This document shows, in pieces, positions 1 to 12,454 of a DNA stretch of 64,000 nt; the stretch's first letter is position 1, and each line of letters begins with the position of its first letter. The DNA is taken from NCBI RefSeq assembly GCF_009914755.1, contig NC_060925.1. One strand, 5' to 3'. The notes under the pieces are model-generated. The model had not been told where the DNA came from, did no database searches, and saw only the letters and a list, made by a program, of their open reading frames with translations. This DNA is from the human T2T-CHM13v2.0 reference genome, Homo sapiens. The position numbers were made by a program, and so were the translations under genes.

Positions 1-1112
1 TTAAGGTTTGGGTTGGATGAGAGGTATGCATTTATTTTGGAAAGTAGGAGAAAGACTTTTATGAATATAAGCATATTATCAGGAAGATCAATTGTAGAAA
101 AACGTTTCTTGTGGATCTAGAGGTTGATTATTAATTAAAATTACACAAATTGTTAATTAAAAAAACACAAAGTTGTGTTTTTAAAATATTTATTTTTAGT
201 TGTGTTTTTTAAAAATATTTATTTCATTTATAATTACATATTCATCAAGGTGCTTGGGAGATTACTTTCTCTTTTCCCACAAGGCAGTCATTTCCAGTAG
301 AGACAACAATTTTTTTTTTTTTTTTTACCATTGATCCCTAGCACCTGCAGAGTGCCTAAAAATAAGCAGGAACTCAATAAATAGAATGAATGAATGGTGC
401 TCTTTGGGCCCCTTGGTCAAATACTCTTATTTTGAATTTGAAAGCTCCCAAATTTGATTCTGATGTCCAGCCAGGTTTGGGGATCATTGCTGTGATATGT
501 GATAGAGCGTCCTGCTTAATACTCTGGGCTGGGCAACATGTGGAAATATGACAGAAGAAAAGCCAAGTACTTATTAGTTATTAGTTGCTGCATCTTCCAA
601 CATTGTTTTGTTGCTAGCTGTAGAAATAAATTCTGGTGGATTTGAGTGAAGGATTATTTATTTTAAGGATATTGGGTTTCCTACAGAATTATTAGGAAGA
701 CTGGAGAATCAGGTTACACTTGTGCAACCAGGAGCAACATTCAAAATCATGTTGCAGGCCAGTGTGGTGGCTCACGCATATTATCGTGTTCTATCCTGTG
801 TAGTATTCCTTGTATACATGTCTTCCCACATGGAAAGGACTTATGTTGCATTCATCTCTGTGTTCCTTTAGTGGCCAGTGAAGTGCCTGGGGTGTAGTCA
901 TGTGGCAAGAGGTTTGGGGTAGTCAGTAGTAGTTGTTGAGAATCTACTATTGAGGTGTGTTGTGAATAGGTGTAAATTGAACTAAATTAAATTTGTCATT
1001 GGGGGTCTGCTATCTCAATACTCTGATCTGAAAATTCGTGAATCTAGAGTTCTTATGTAATGCATAATAAATCAGTTATTGGTACTACAAATTCTTTAAA
1101 CTTTGTTCTTAT

Positions 1113-1296
<184 letters not shown>

Positions 1297-3507
1297 TTCT
1301 ATAATCTTGAAATACTGATGACTAACTGATAATTGTAGTGAATATTTCTAAAATAATTCCCTGACACTTAAGTTACACCAACCATAAGTGAATAGGATAA
1401 CATTAATTGACACTAAAACAACTATGAACACCCTCTTTATACTAATGCCCTTACTCTTGATCACATTTATTCTTTTTAGGCTAAAGAGAATGGGTCAATT
1501 TTTCACTCTATTTTTAGTGTTTGATTTCAGCTTGATAAAATACTTAAATGTGTATTCCAAGTGAAAAATGAGGTTGTTAAAGGTTAATGCTTTGGTGCTT
1601 TTAATAACTATCGGTGCCACTTCTGCATCTTGTCAAAATGATACAATTTTATTTTGGCAGGACCCAGAAGAATTCCTAACAAAGAATTACTTGATTTAAT
1701 TAAAAAACAAGAAAGAGCAACCATCCTTCTCCATAGATAGTCTTTAAAATACCCATTCTAATTCTAGAACTAATATAAAGAGGAGTGCCAAATAGTCATA
1801 AACACTGCATTAAAAATGTGAATAACTTTTTACCCTTGCAATTAGAGCCCGAGCTGTTCTGTCAGTGCCCCATTACACAAAACAGACTGGCAACGACAAT
1901 GAAACAGTCTCCACATATGATGTGTATTTCTATAATATTATATCAAACATATGATTGTTTGGAGAAAGGGGGATATAATGAAAAAAAGTCTTAGAGTTTT
2001 TAATTCTACATTTTAAAGTGCATTTATACAAAATATCTGACAGTCCAAAATCAATGGTGAAATTTCCAGGTAAAGGTTGTCAGGGTCATAAACGGTGAAA
2101 CCACAAGTTCTCCTTTATATTGTTCAGTTCTTTAATTCATACAAGGGTGATTCACCTGGCCGTTTGACCAGGTGTTCCTTCTCCCTACTCCCCATTTCCC
2201 AGAATAAGATCCTTAACAGGTGCTCATATACCTTGACACTTTGGAGAAAAAGTACTATTTCCCCAGAAGATTTTGACTGGTATTATGGAAATATATTGGG
2301 CAGTATTGTTTTCTAAATTATCTAGATAGGAAAACTGTAACTAGAACACTTTAGAAAATTTTCCTGCCCTTGAAATCGAGATTGTCATGAGATTTTATTT
2401 ATTCATTGGCGATTTTATTAATATGATTTTTAAAATGTAGTGCTAATCAATAAGATTTAGAAAATATATTAAAGTTATACCTGGGTAGAAATGCCTCTGT
2501 CATTTTCTATAGATTTCTGAATTCTGAAGTCTGTACTACACTAGAGTACTAGAAACAACATAAAATGAAGAGAATATTTTAGAAAAAGTATCAACCTTGG
2601 ACTCAATAAACATCTATTAAGTGTCTCTTACATGCAAGTCACCATATTAAGTACCAGAGAAACAAAAGTAAAAATGACCACTGCTTGTAAGCTATACACA
2701 ATCAATTGGTTAGATACATATGAATGAAAGCAATTACAGCCCAGCAAGATAAAGTACTAATAGATGCATAAACAAATTGTCAACTACTAGTGCTCAGTTT
2801 TTCTTCTACAAAATGAGAATAAGTCTTGAATTCAAAATAGAAGGTGTAAGATAAAGAACGCCTTGAGTATTCTGACTTTCTTGAATCCTAGATGCATCTC
2901 AGTTGATTAACATAGCCATTCATTCTTGATCATTTATTCACTTATACAATAAATACTTATTGAGTACCTATTGTGAGCCAGGCCCTGTGATGGCCCTGGA
3001 GACACAACAGTAAAGAAGATAGTCACAGACCAAGAGTCTAATGGAATGATAATGAAAAAAAGATCATGAATTGGATCATCAATCACAGATTAGAGCCTTT
3101 TCCTGTTTCACAGCTACAGATTGATCCCTTTAGCTAGCAAAGTGCAGCTGTGAATTGTGAAAAGTGCTAGAAAAGCAGCTCAAAGAACATATTCAATTGA
3201 TGACCAGTCACTGGTATCATATGTATATGAAGCTGGCATCCCACGATTATTCCTTATATTCTGATTAGCATTCTAGTTTTTTGCCTCATCTTCCTAAATT
3301 AATAATATTCTCAACTCAATAAAATGTGAAACTTTGGAAAGAAAGAATTACAACAGTGCAATATATTTTTCTATAAACCATTTAAAACTTTCTGGCATTC
3401 TCATTAAATCTCAGTAAATAATCTTTTAAAATTGGAAATTTAAATCTAATTTTGTTTTGGGGTACACAAATTGGTAATTTTGCTTGTATCATCTTACACC
3501 ATGTGTT

Positions 3508-3620
3508 TTATTTTTTAAGACAGGAGTTTTTCTATGTTGCTCAGGCTCGACTAGAACTCCTGGGCTCAAACAATCCTCCTGCCTTAGTTGCTTGAGTAGC
3601 TGGGACTTCACGTGTCTGGC
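3508..3620 (-). mobile_element. FLAM-like Alu monomer
   Basis: tatgttgctcaggct...aactcctgggctcaaacaatcctcctgcc...gtagctgggact. Confidence 0.75.
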
Positions 3621-3646
3621 ACAGTAGTGTGGAAAGAAATATATCT

Positions 3647-4006
<360 letters not shown>

Positions 4007-4779
4007 TCACTCAGTCAACTAAAAATTAAGTAGAATAGAAAAAAAAAGTCTCTAAGGGTGTCTTGATTAATAGGAAACTTTAAAAAATAACTTAATAGAC
4101 ATAAACAAGCAGCCGAAAACTCAGCTTTTCACATTAGTGGATAAAAGTACTATTAAAATAATCACCCTTGTATAAAATAATTCAGATAGATTCTAGAAGA
4201 GCTATGCCAAGAGAAATGCTGTAGGTCTCTAGGATTTTATCATAATAAATGGAAAACAACAACAGAATAACTTGAATAATCTTATAATTAGTGGCAGTAG
4301 CTTTTAAAGGGTGGTCACTTTGCCCAGATCCTGTTTTTTGTTTAGACTTTGTATGGCAAGTGTTTCATAAATGATTAGAAGAGGTGGTTTCTGTTTCATT
4401 AATGAGGATGATGATAATGGTTAATTACTAAACTGGAATAAACAGTCCCAAACCAGAACACAGATGAAAAGCCAATTATGTAGAAATAATTCAGCTGTAT
4501 TAAATATGATTTACCTTTCCTGTTACGAACCTTAAATATGTTTTAAACCATTGAGAAAAAAACCACTCAACCATCTATCTTGTAACTATAATTTATACTG
4601 CTTTTTTGGGGGATTGAAAGCTCTATCTAGTTAAGTTTTTAAATTCAGTGAAATAACTCCAAAATATGAAATAGAATTCACTTGATCTAAACATAAAGTG
4701 AAAATCAGTACTTTAGGAGACATTATGTCTGGTTGCATAATATGAGTTCCATCTGTAGGGCCTGGCTTAAAAAAAATCG

Positions 4780-6398
4780 GGTGAGAGTCATATGACACAG
4801 ATTTAACCATTTCAAAGTGAACAATTCAGTAGCGTTTAGTACATTCACCATACCATGCAATTACCATCTCCATGTAGTCCTAAACCTTTCATCACCCCAA
4901 CAGGAAAGCCCATACCCAATAAGCTGTGTACTCCCCATCCTCAAGTCCTGGCAACTACCAATATGTGTTATGTCTCTATAGATTTACCTATTCCGGATAT
5001 TTCATACAAATAGAATAATATAATATGTATCCTTTTGTTTCTAGCTTTTTTCACTCAATGTAATGTTTGTGAGGTTCATCCACATGTATCAGTACTTCAT
5101 TTCTTTTTATGGCTGAGTAATATTCCATTTGATGTATATATCACAGTTTATTTATCCATTAATTTCTTTTCTTCTTCTTCTTCTTCTTTTTTTTTTTTTT
5201 TTTTGAGATAGAGTCTTACTCTATAACCCAGGCTGGAGTGCAGTAGCTCGATCTTGGCTCTCTGCAACCTCTGCCTCCAAGGTTCAAGCGATTCTTGTGC
5301 CTTGGCCTCCTGAGTAACTGGAATTACAGGAATGCACCACCAGACCCACCTAATTTTTGTATTTTTAGTAGAGACAGGGTTTCATCATGTTGGCGAGGCT
5401 GGTCTCGAACTCCTGACCTCAAGTGATCTGCCTTCCTCGGCTTCCCAAAGTGCTGGGATTACAGGTGTGAGCTGCCATGACAGCCTCCATTCATTTCTTG
5501 ATGGGCATTTTATTGTTTCTGTCTTTTGGCAATAGTAAACAGTGCTGCTATGAACATGTGTTTCTTTGAATACCTGTTTTAAATTCTTTTTGTTATGGAC
5601 CTGGGAGTGGAATTGCTTGATCATATGGTAAATTCTATATTTAACTTTTTGAGTAGTCATGAAACTTGTTTCTACTGCATTGAACCATTTTACATTCCCA
5701 CCAGGAGTGCGTGAGATTTATAACTTTTCTACATGCTAACCAGTACTTATTTTCTGTTTTTTTTATAGTCATGCTAGTGGGTGTGAAGTGGTACTTCATT
5801 ATTGTTTTGATTTGCATTTCCCTAATGGCTAATGATGTTGAGCATCTTTTCATGTGCTTTTGGTTATCTGTATATCTTTGGAGAAATGTCTATATAAGTC
5901 CTTTACCCATTTTTAAATTTAGTCTTTTTGTTGTTGAGTTATAAGAGTTCTTTGTGTATTCTGGACATTAGACCCTTATAAATATATTATTTGCAAATAT
6001 GTTTTTCCCATTTTGTAGATTGTAGATTGTAGATTATCTTTCTACTTTCTTGGTAATGTTCTTTGATGCACAGAAGTTTTTAATATTGATGAAGTCTAAT
6101 TTATCTATTTTTGTATTACTTGTGCTCTTTTAATATCATATCTGAGAAACCATTCCCATATCCAAACTCGTGAAGATTTACCCCTATGTTTTCTTCTAAG
6201 AGTTTTATGATTTTAGTTCTCATTGACACATTTTGAGTTTACTTTTTTCATATGGTGTGAGGTAGGGGTCCAACTTCATTCTTTTGCATGTAGAGATCTA
6301 TTTGTCCTAGCACCATTTGTTGAGACTATTCTTTCCTGATTGAATGGTCTTGGTACCCTTGCCTAAAATCAATTAGCCATAGATGTATGAGTTAGAAT
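4780..6398 (-). mobile_element. Old L1 (L1M/L1MB) 3' portion, interrupted by an AluS at ~5165-5486
   Basis: Antisense L1 3'UTR and ORF2 C-terminal text (ORF 5641-5853 [17 protein letters not shown]...). Confidence 0.88.
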
Positions 6399-6431
6399 CT
6401 GACTTTAAAATTATTGCAAAACTAAGTTGAC

Positions 6432-6553
6432 TTTTTTTGTTTTGTTTTGTTTTGTTTTTAGAGAAGGGTCTTGCTATGTTGCCCAGGCTGCTCTGGGCCT
6501 CCTGGCCTCAAGAGATCCTCCCATCTTGACCTCCCAAAGTCCTGGGATTACAG
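6432..6553 (-). mobile_element. FLAM_C-like Alu monomer
   Basis: (TTTTG)n tail, then gggtcttgctatgttgcccaggct...cctcccaaagt.ctgggattaca. Confidence 0.8.
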
Positions 6554-7058
6554 ATCCACTGTAATCCAGGGCATTCAATGTGCCCTGACACCAAGTGGAC
6601 ATTTTAATCTTACTACAGAGATGCTCAAAAATTTGACTTCAGATTAATAGGGTATGTAAGAATTTTCCAGATACATATTTTGGTCTCTTGACTTTGTTCT
6701 TATAATAAGATACAGTAGAGAAGAAGCATTCTATAGTTGAAATAGCATTCTCTCTAGGATGCCTAGGTTTGAATCACATCTGTGAGTTTGCTAGTCATTG
6801 ACCCCAGCCAAACAATAATATCTGCCTTTATAAGAAAATGTCTAGGAGTTTCTTGTTTGAATTAATCATCATGGTGCTCATTACATGTTGTCAAAAACCT
6901 CAGGCATGCTTCTGAGTTTTGCTTTTTACTGTAATGACAACTGGGTGAAGAAGGGTGTCCACTAGATTTTTTTCTCCATGATAAAGCATATTGAGGAAGA
7001 AAGAAGTTTGGTGTTTACTTTTCTATTGTACATGATGTTCCCCCTACGCCCTTCTAAT

Positions 7059-7244
7059 CAGTGACGCAAACTCATACGAGTTATGAAAGCTGATGGTGTA
7101 CACCTTTTTCCAACTCTATATTCTGTGACATTACACTGGTAGCTTGAAATTGGGCATGGTGGGAGTATATATACTAGGAAATTATCAAATGCTACAGATA
7201 AAGTTTGATTTTTTCCAGTGAGCTGTTTTGCCAGCACACCACTG
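7059..7244 (-). mobile_element. MER63-like hAT DNA transposon MITE
   Basis: Terminal cagtg...cactg inverted ends. Internal tagcttgaaattgggcatggtgggagtat. Flanks both begin cttct (degenerate 8-bp TSD). Confidence 0.7.
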
Positions 7245-7914
7245 CTTCTCTTCCTTCCTTGTCTTACTCATTTTTAATAATTCTTTAAGACTTAGTTTAA
7301 ATAAAACTACATTTCAGAAGCCTTCATTCACCTCTATAGGCAAGTGTCCCTCTTCTCTGCTTTCATAGAAAACAGTACATAACTTTATTGCCTTTTCAAG
7401 GACTTTTCAGGGACCAAATTCTGTTATCAGTTAGGGATCAATTGGAGAAGCCAAACCAGGGATTTTAAGAGATTTATTACAAGGCATTGGCTTATGCAAT
7501 TGTGGAGGCTGTTTGAGCAAGTCGAAAGTCCATAGGCTGGTGGTCAGGAAGGGATCACAAGCTGAAACCCACAGGCATGAACCATTTGGAGTCTTCTTTT
7601 TCATTCTCTCGCCTCCCTGCATCATTAGTCTTTCCCCCCTTCACTACAAAACAATTTCCATCATCTTACGAACACAGCCTACTGCTTCATGTGAAGAGAG
7701 GCAGAGAAGTGGAATGCTATCTAGATTGAGTTGTGGGGTCTGGGGAGATTTTTTGCTTTATTTTTTTCACAAACTTCTGGTCAGATAGATAGAAAACATT
7801 TCTACCCATTGTGTTTCACTACCTCCCCTCGAAATTACTCTTATTAATCCTTAGAATCTGATTTCATTCTTACCACACCAGTAAAGCTGCTGTGATCAAG
7901 GTCATCAAAGAAGG

Positions 7915-8886
7915 CACTTTTGGTTGTTCAAATCATCCAATTCCAGTGCATTTTTCCCTTGTCCATTTTCACTGTAGAGACTAGAAAAATTAAACGGTCT
8001 CTTTCCCAGAGCTTCCCTTGCAGTTTAGGTTGGTCACGTGACATAGTTCTGACTAATGAGATGTAAAAGAATTCTGGGGGTAAGGGCTTCTTGGAAAGTT
8101 GTTCTGTTTTCTTTTATTAGTTTATTTATTTTAGTTTATTTTACTTTAGATGTTTATAGATAACTATCTTTACAAATAGTTAGCATATCAAGGTTCTAAG
8201 TTTTAAAAAATTTCTTCCATTCAAGAATAGGTTTAGAAAACCTATTCTTAGACCAAGATTCAGTTCATCTTTAATGTGTCCATGGATGAAGAACCTAGTG
8301 AAGGATGTAATGTAACTTCACTTGTATATGATGTTGTTCAATTTACCTAACACTTTATGGGACAAGCTAGGCCTACGTATTAAAGGTTATCATTCCCATG
8401 TATTGCCAAACAGGCTGGTACTACTTCAGCTGCCAAAACAATCTCAGCATCCCCTCATTCAGGACATGATCACCCTTGGGGTCACTGTACTGATCTGAGA
8501 GGGCAGACCCTCACACATGGGGCTAAAGCCTCAGAAAAGAAGAGCTCTGGACTTTCCTTCTCCTACTACTCAGGATTAGTTCCATGTGGATTCATGTCAA
8601 GTTTTTCTATTCTTGATAAAGGACATATGTTGCTGGTACCACACCTTTGCCTTTTTTTCCTGCCTTGCACATAGATGTGAGTCCAGAGCAATGATACCCA
8701 CCTTGCAACTAGTAGAGAAAGTCCAAGGAAATCCCAGAGAAGCAGGCCCTGACGTTCAGCTACCAACCAATGTCTTTAGCTGCTTACATACAGACGTTTT
8801 GTTGTGTGGGGATAAAAAAGCAGAGCCCTATTTGGGTTTAATTGGATTTTTGTTTCTTGCTTCTGAAATAAGTTCTAATGAATACA
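7915..8886 (+). mobile_element. Old ERVL-class LTR (LTR33/LTR16-like), split by a ~490-bp insert
   Basis: ttcccagagcttcccttgcag...ggtcacgtgacatagttctgactaatgagatgta...gggcttcttggaaag, resuming at ~8599 and ending ctaatgaataca. Confidence 0.55.
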
Positions 8887-9292
8887 ATCATCAGTAACTT
8901 TCATTTTGCTAAATCCAATAGAAAATATTTTTCTTCATTTTATTTAGCTTCTCAGTAGCATTCCATACTGTTGAGTACCTTCTCCATGAAACATATGTCC
9001 CTTCTGATTTTTTTGATACCACTCTATTGTTTTTTTCTTTTACCTTTTTAGCTATGCAATCTATTTTGTGAGTTTACTCTGAAACTAACATTTAAATATT
9101 GAAGTTCCTCAAGGCCATGTCCTACTACTTCATTTTAATGTCAACATGTCCAAAATTGAATTATTGATTTCCATTAAAAATCCATTGTTATTCAAATCTT
9201 ATTTATCCTTACTAAACTGTAAATTGATCCAACAATCCATCAATGCGAAACCTGGAAGTCATCCATGATTCATTAGTCTCCATCATTCCTAC

Positions 9293-9800
9293 TGTGGCAG
9301 ATACTATGAACTGGCTCACCTGACGCTATTGTAATAAACTTTCTAGGAGCTGGAAAATGAAATACTCATTTTCTAGCCTCCCTTGAATCTGAGTGGTTAA
9401 TAACATACTTTTGATCAAGGAGCTATTGATGGATGTTTCTAGAAGTGCTTATGTTTCTGGATAAAATCTCACTAAAAAAAATCTTTGTAACCCTCCCTCT
9501 ATCTTCCTTACTGGAACTCAGCAATGGTGCCTGAAAGTATGGCATTTATCTTGTGACTGTATGTTTGAAAGCCATACCTAATGATGAGAGAGCAAAAGAT
9601 AGAAAGATCTTATGACATTGATGACATCATAGAACTACTATACCAGCCCTGGACTACTCAGATTCAGACTCTTAGTTAAATGGGAGAAACACTTCTCTAT
9701 TTATTCTTAACATTTCTCTATTTATTCTCTATTTATTTCTACACTGTAGTAGAATTTTCTATTATTTGCTGCCAAATGCAATTTCTCATTCTAATCATCC
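9293..9800 (+). mobile_element. Old ERVL-class LTR (LTR33/LTR41-like)
   Basis: Starts tgtggcag. Contains ttttctagcctcccttg and ends ttgctgccaaatgcaatt. Interrupts L2 sequence. Confidence 0.5.
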
Positions 9801-10610
9801 AATCATTAGAAAAACCTACAGATTCTACAGCAAAATGTATCTTGAATCTGTCAACTTATCTCCATGCCCTACTTCAAGTCACAGCCATCATCCTAGTTTT
9901 ATATACTGTGATAGTCACCTAACTAGTCACTTCACTTTCTCTCTTTCTCTCCTCCATTCTAGTCCCCATATAACATCCTGAGCTATTTGGAAATTAAATT
10001 CACTCAAGAAGTTAGGAGTAGAGGAGAATTATATCAATTTGATAAAGAGCATGTATAAAAATCCTACAGCTAACATCACTGAATGAAAAACTGAATGCTT
10101 TCTCTCTAAGACTAGGAACAAAGTGAGGATGTCTTCTCACACCATTCTTATTCAATATAGTGCTGGAAATTCTAGCCATTGCAATAAGTCAAGAAAAAGA
10201 AATAGAAGGCATATAGATTGGAAGGAAAGAAATAAAACTGTTCCCATTTGCCAATGAGATGATGGTCTGTATAAAAAATTCCAAGGAATTAAAAATTCAC
10301 TCTGGAAATAACAAGTAAGTTCAGTAATGTTGCAGGATATAAGACAATACAGAAAAATACAATCACATTTCTATATACTAACAATGAACATGAAGAAACT
10401 GAAATTAAAAGCAGTACCATTTACAATCACTCCAAAGAAAATGAAATATGTAGTATGTACTTAACAAAACATATACAGGATTTGTATTCTAACAACTATG
10501 AAAAAATAACTCAAAGACAGCCTAAATAATTGGAGAGATATATCACATTCATGGACTGGAGGACTCAACAGAGTAAAGATGTTAATGTTCCTCAAACTAA
10601 TCAATAGGTT

Positions 10611-12454
10611 TGTGAAAGGAAAATAAATCTTAGGGCCCCAAAATCACTAAGCTAAAGAGAAAAGTCAAGCTGGAAACTGCTTATGGCAAACTTGCCTCTC
10701 ATTCAATTCAAAGTCACCTCTTTGCTCACTGAGATAAATGCATATCTTATTGCCTCATTTGGAGAGGCTAATAAGAAACTCGAAAGACTGCAACCATTTG
10801 TCTCTTACCTATCTATGACCTGGAAGCTCCCTCCCCGCTTCAAGTTGTCTCACCTTTTCTTTGAATTGCCCCACTTTTTCTGGACCAAACCAATGTTCAT
10901 CTTACATATGTTTGTTGTGGGAAGTCAGGGACCCCGAACGGAGGGATTGGCTGAAGTCATGGCAGAAGAACATAAATTGTGAAGATTTCATGGACATTTA
11001 TTAGTTCCCCAAATTAATACTTTTATACTTTCTTTTTTTTGTTACTAATTTTTTTACAAAATTACAATATTGTAATAGCAATAACAATAGCTCCACATTC
11101 GAGTTCCTAACAAGTGTCAATGATGTGATAAGGCAATTCATTGATTATCATGAAAACCCATGATTACTACAAATTAACAGATAAAGAATCTAGGCACAGA
11201 AAGGTGAAATAATTTGCTGAAGGCTACTCTTAACCACTGTACTCTAATATTAAAAAGTCTTCTTGGCTAATGCGATTGGGATCAGTTACACCTGTCTTTA
11301 CTGCAGTCTCTGAATATAAATTGTGAAGATTTCATGGACACTTATCACTTCCCCAATCAATACCCTTGTGATTTCCTATGCCTGTCTTTACTTTAATCTC
11401 TTAATCCCGTCATCTTCGTAAACTGAGGAGGATGTAGGTCGCCTCAGGACCCTGTGATGATTCCGTTAACTGCACAAATGGTTTGTGGAGCATATGTGTT
11501 TGAACAATATGAAATCTGGGCACCTTGAAAAAAGAACAGGATAACAGCAATGTTCAGGGAACAAGAGAGATAACCTTAAACTCTGACTGCCGGTGAGCCA
11601 GGTGGAACAGAGCCATATTTCTCTTCTTTCAAAAGCAAATGGGAGAAATATCACTGAATTCTTTTTCTCAGCAAGGAACATCCCTGAGAAAGAGAATGCA
11701 TCCCTGAGGGTAGGCCTCTGAAATGGCCGCTTCAGGGGTGGCCATCTTTTACGGTCGCAGCTGTAGGGATGAAATAAGCCCCAGTCTCCTGTAGCTCTCC
11801 CAGGTTTATTAGGACGAGGAAATTCCCGCCTAATAAATTTTGGTCAGACTAGTTGTCTGCTCTCAAACCCTGTCTCCTGATAAGATGTTACCAATGACAA
11901 TGTGTGCCCGAAACTTCATTAGCAATTTTAATTTCGCCCCAGTCCTGTGGTCCTGTGATCTCGCCCTGCCTCCATTTACCTTGTGATATCTTATTACCTT
12001 GTGAAGCATGTGATCTCTGTGATCCACTCCCTATTCGTACACTCCCTCCCTCTTTGAAAATCGCTAATAAAAACTTGCTGGTTTTGCGGCTTGTCGGGCA
12101 TTACGGAACCTACCGACATGTGATGTCTGCTCCGGACACCCAGCTTTAAAATTTTTCTCTTTTGTTCTCTGTCACTTTATTTCTAAGACCAGCCAACACT
12201 TAGGGAGAATAGAAAAGAAACTACATGAAATATCGGGGGTGAATTTTGCCCGATATCTGGCTGAATTTCCCCCGATACATGTTGATTGATGTCTTGTGTC
12301 TCCCTAAAATGTACAAAACTAAACTGTGTGCTGACTACTTTGGGCACATGTCATTGGGACCTCCTGAGGCTGTGTCATGGGTGCATGTCCTCAGCCTTGG
12401 CAAAATAAACTTTCTAAATTAACTGAGACCTGTCTCAGATATTTGGGGTTCACA
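10611..12454 (+). mobile_element. MER4A-like ERV1 solo LTR (hosts the MER11)
   Basis: TGTGAAAGGAAAATAAATC...GGGTTCACA. 4-bp TSD ggtt/gatt. The L1 sequence rejoins across it. Confidence 0.85.
10913..12277 (+). mobile_element. MER11 (HERV-K HML-8) solo LTR
   Basis: TGTTGTGGGAAGTCAGGGACCCCGAACGGAGGG...CCCCCGATA. 6-bp TSD tatgtt/catgtt. AATAAA near 12066. Confidence 0.92.

Noticed and set aside
1300-3500. Possible upstream exons or enhancer of NR1H5P in AT-rich unique DNA
   Set aside because: Only isolated splice-like and half-site motifs (for example caggtaaag near 2067 and gggtca near 2083), with no way to tell them from chance.
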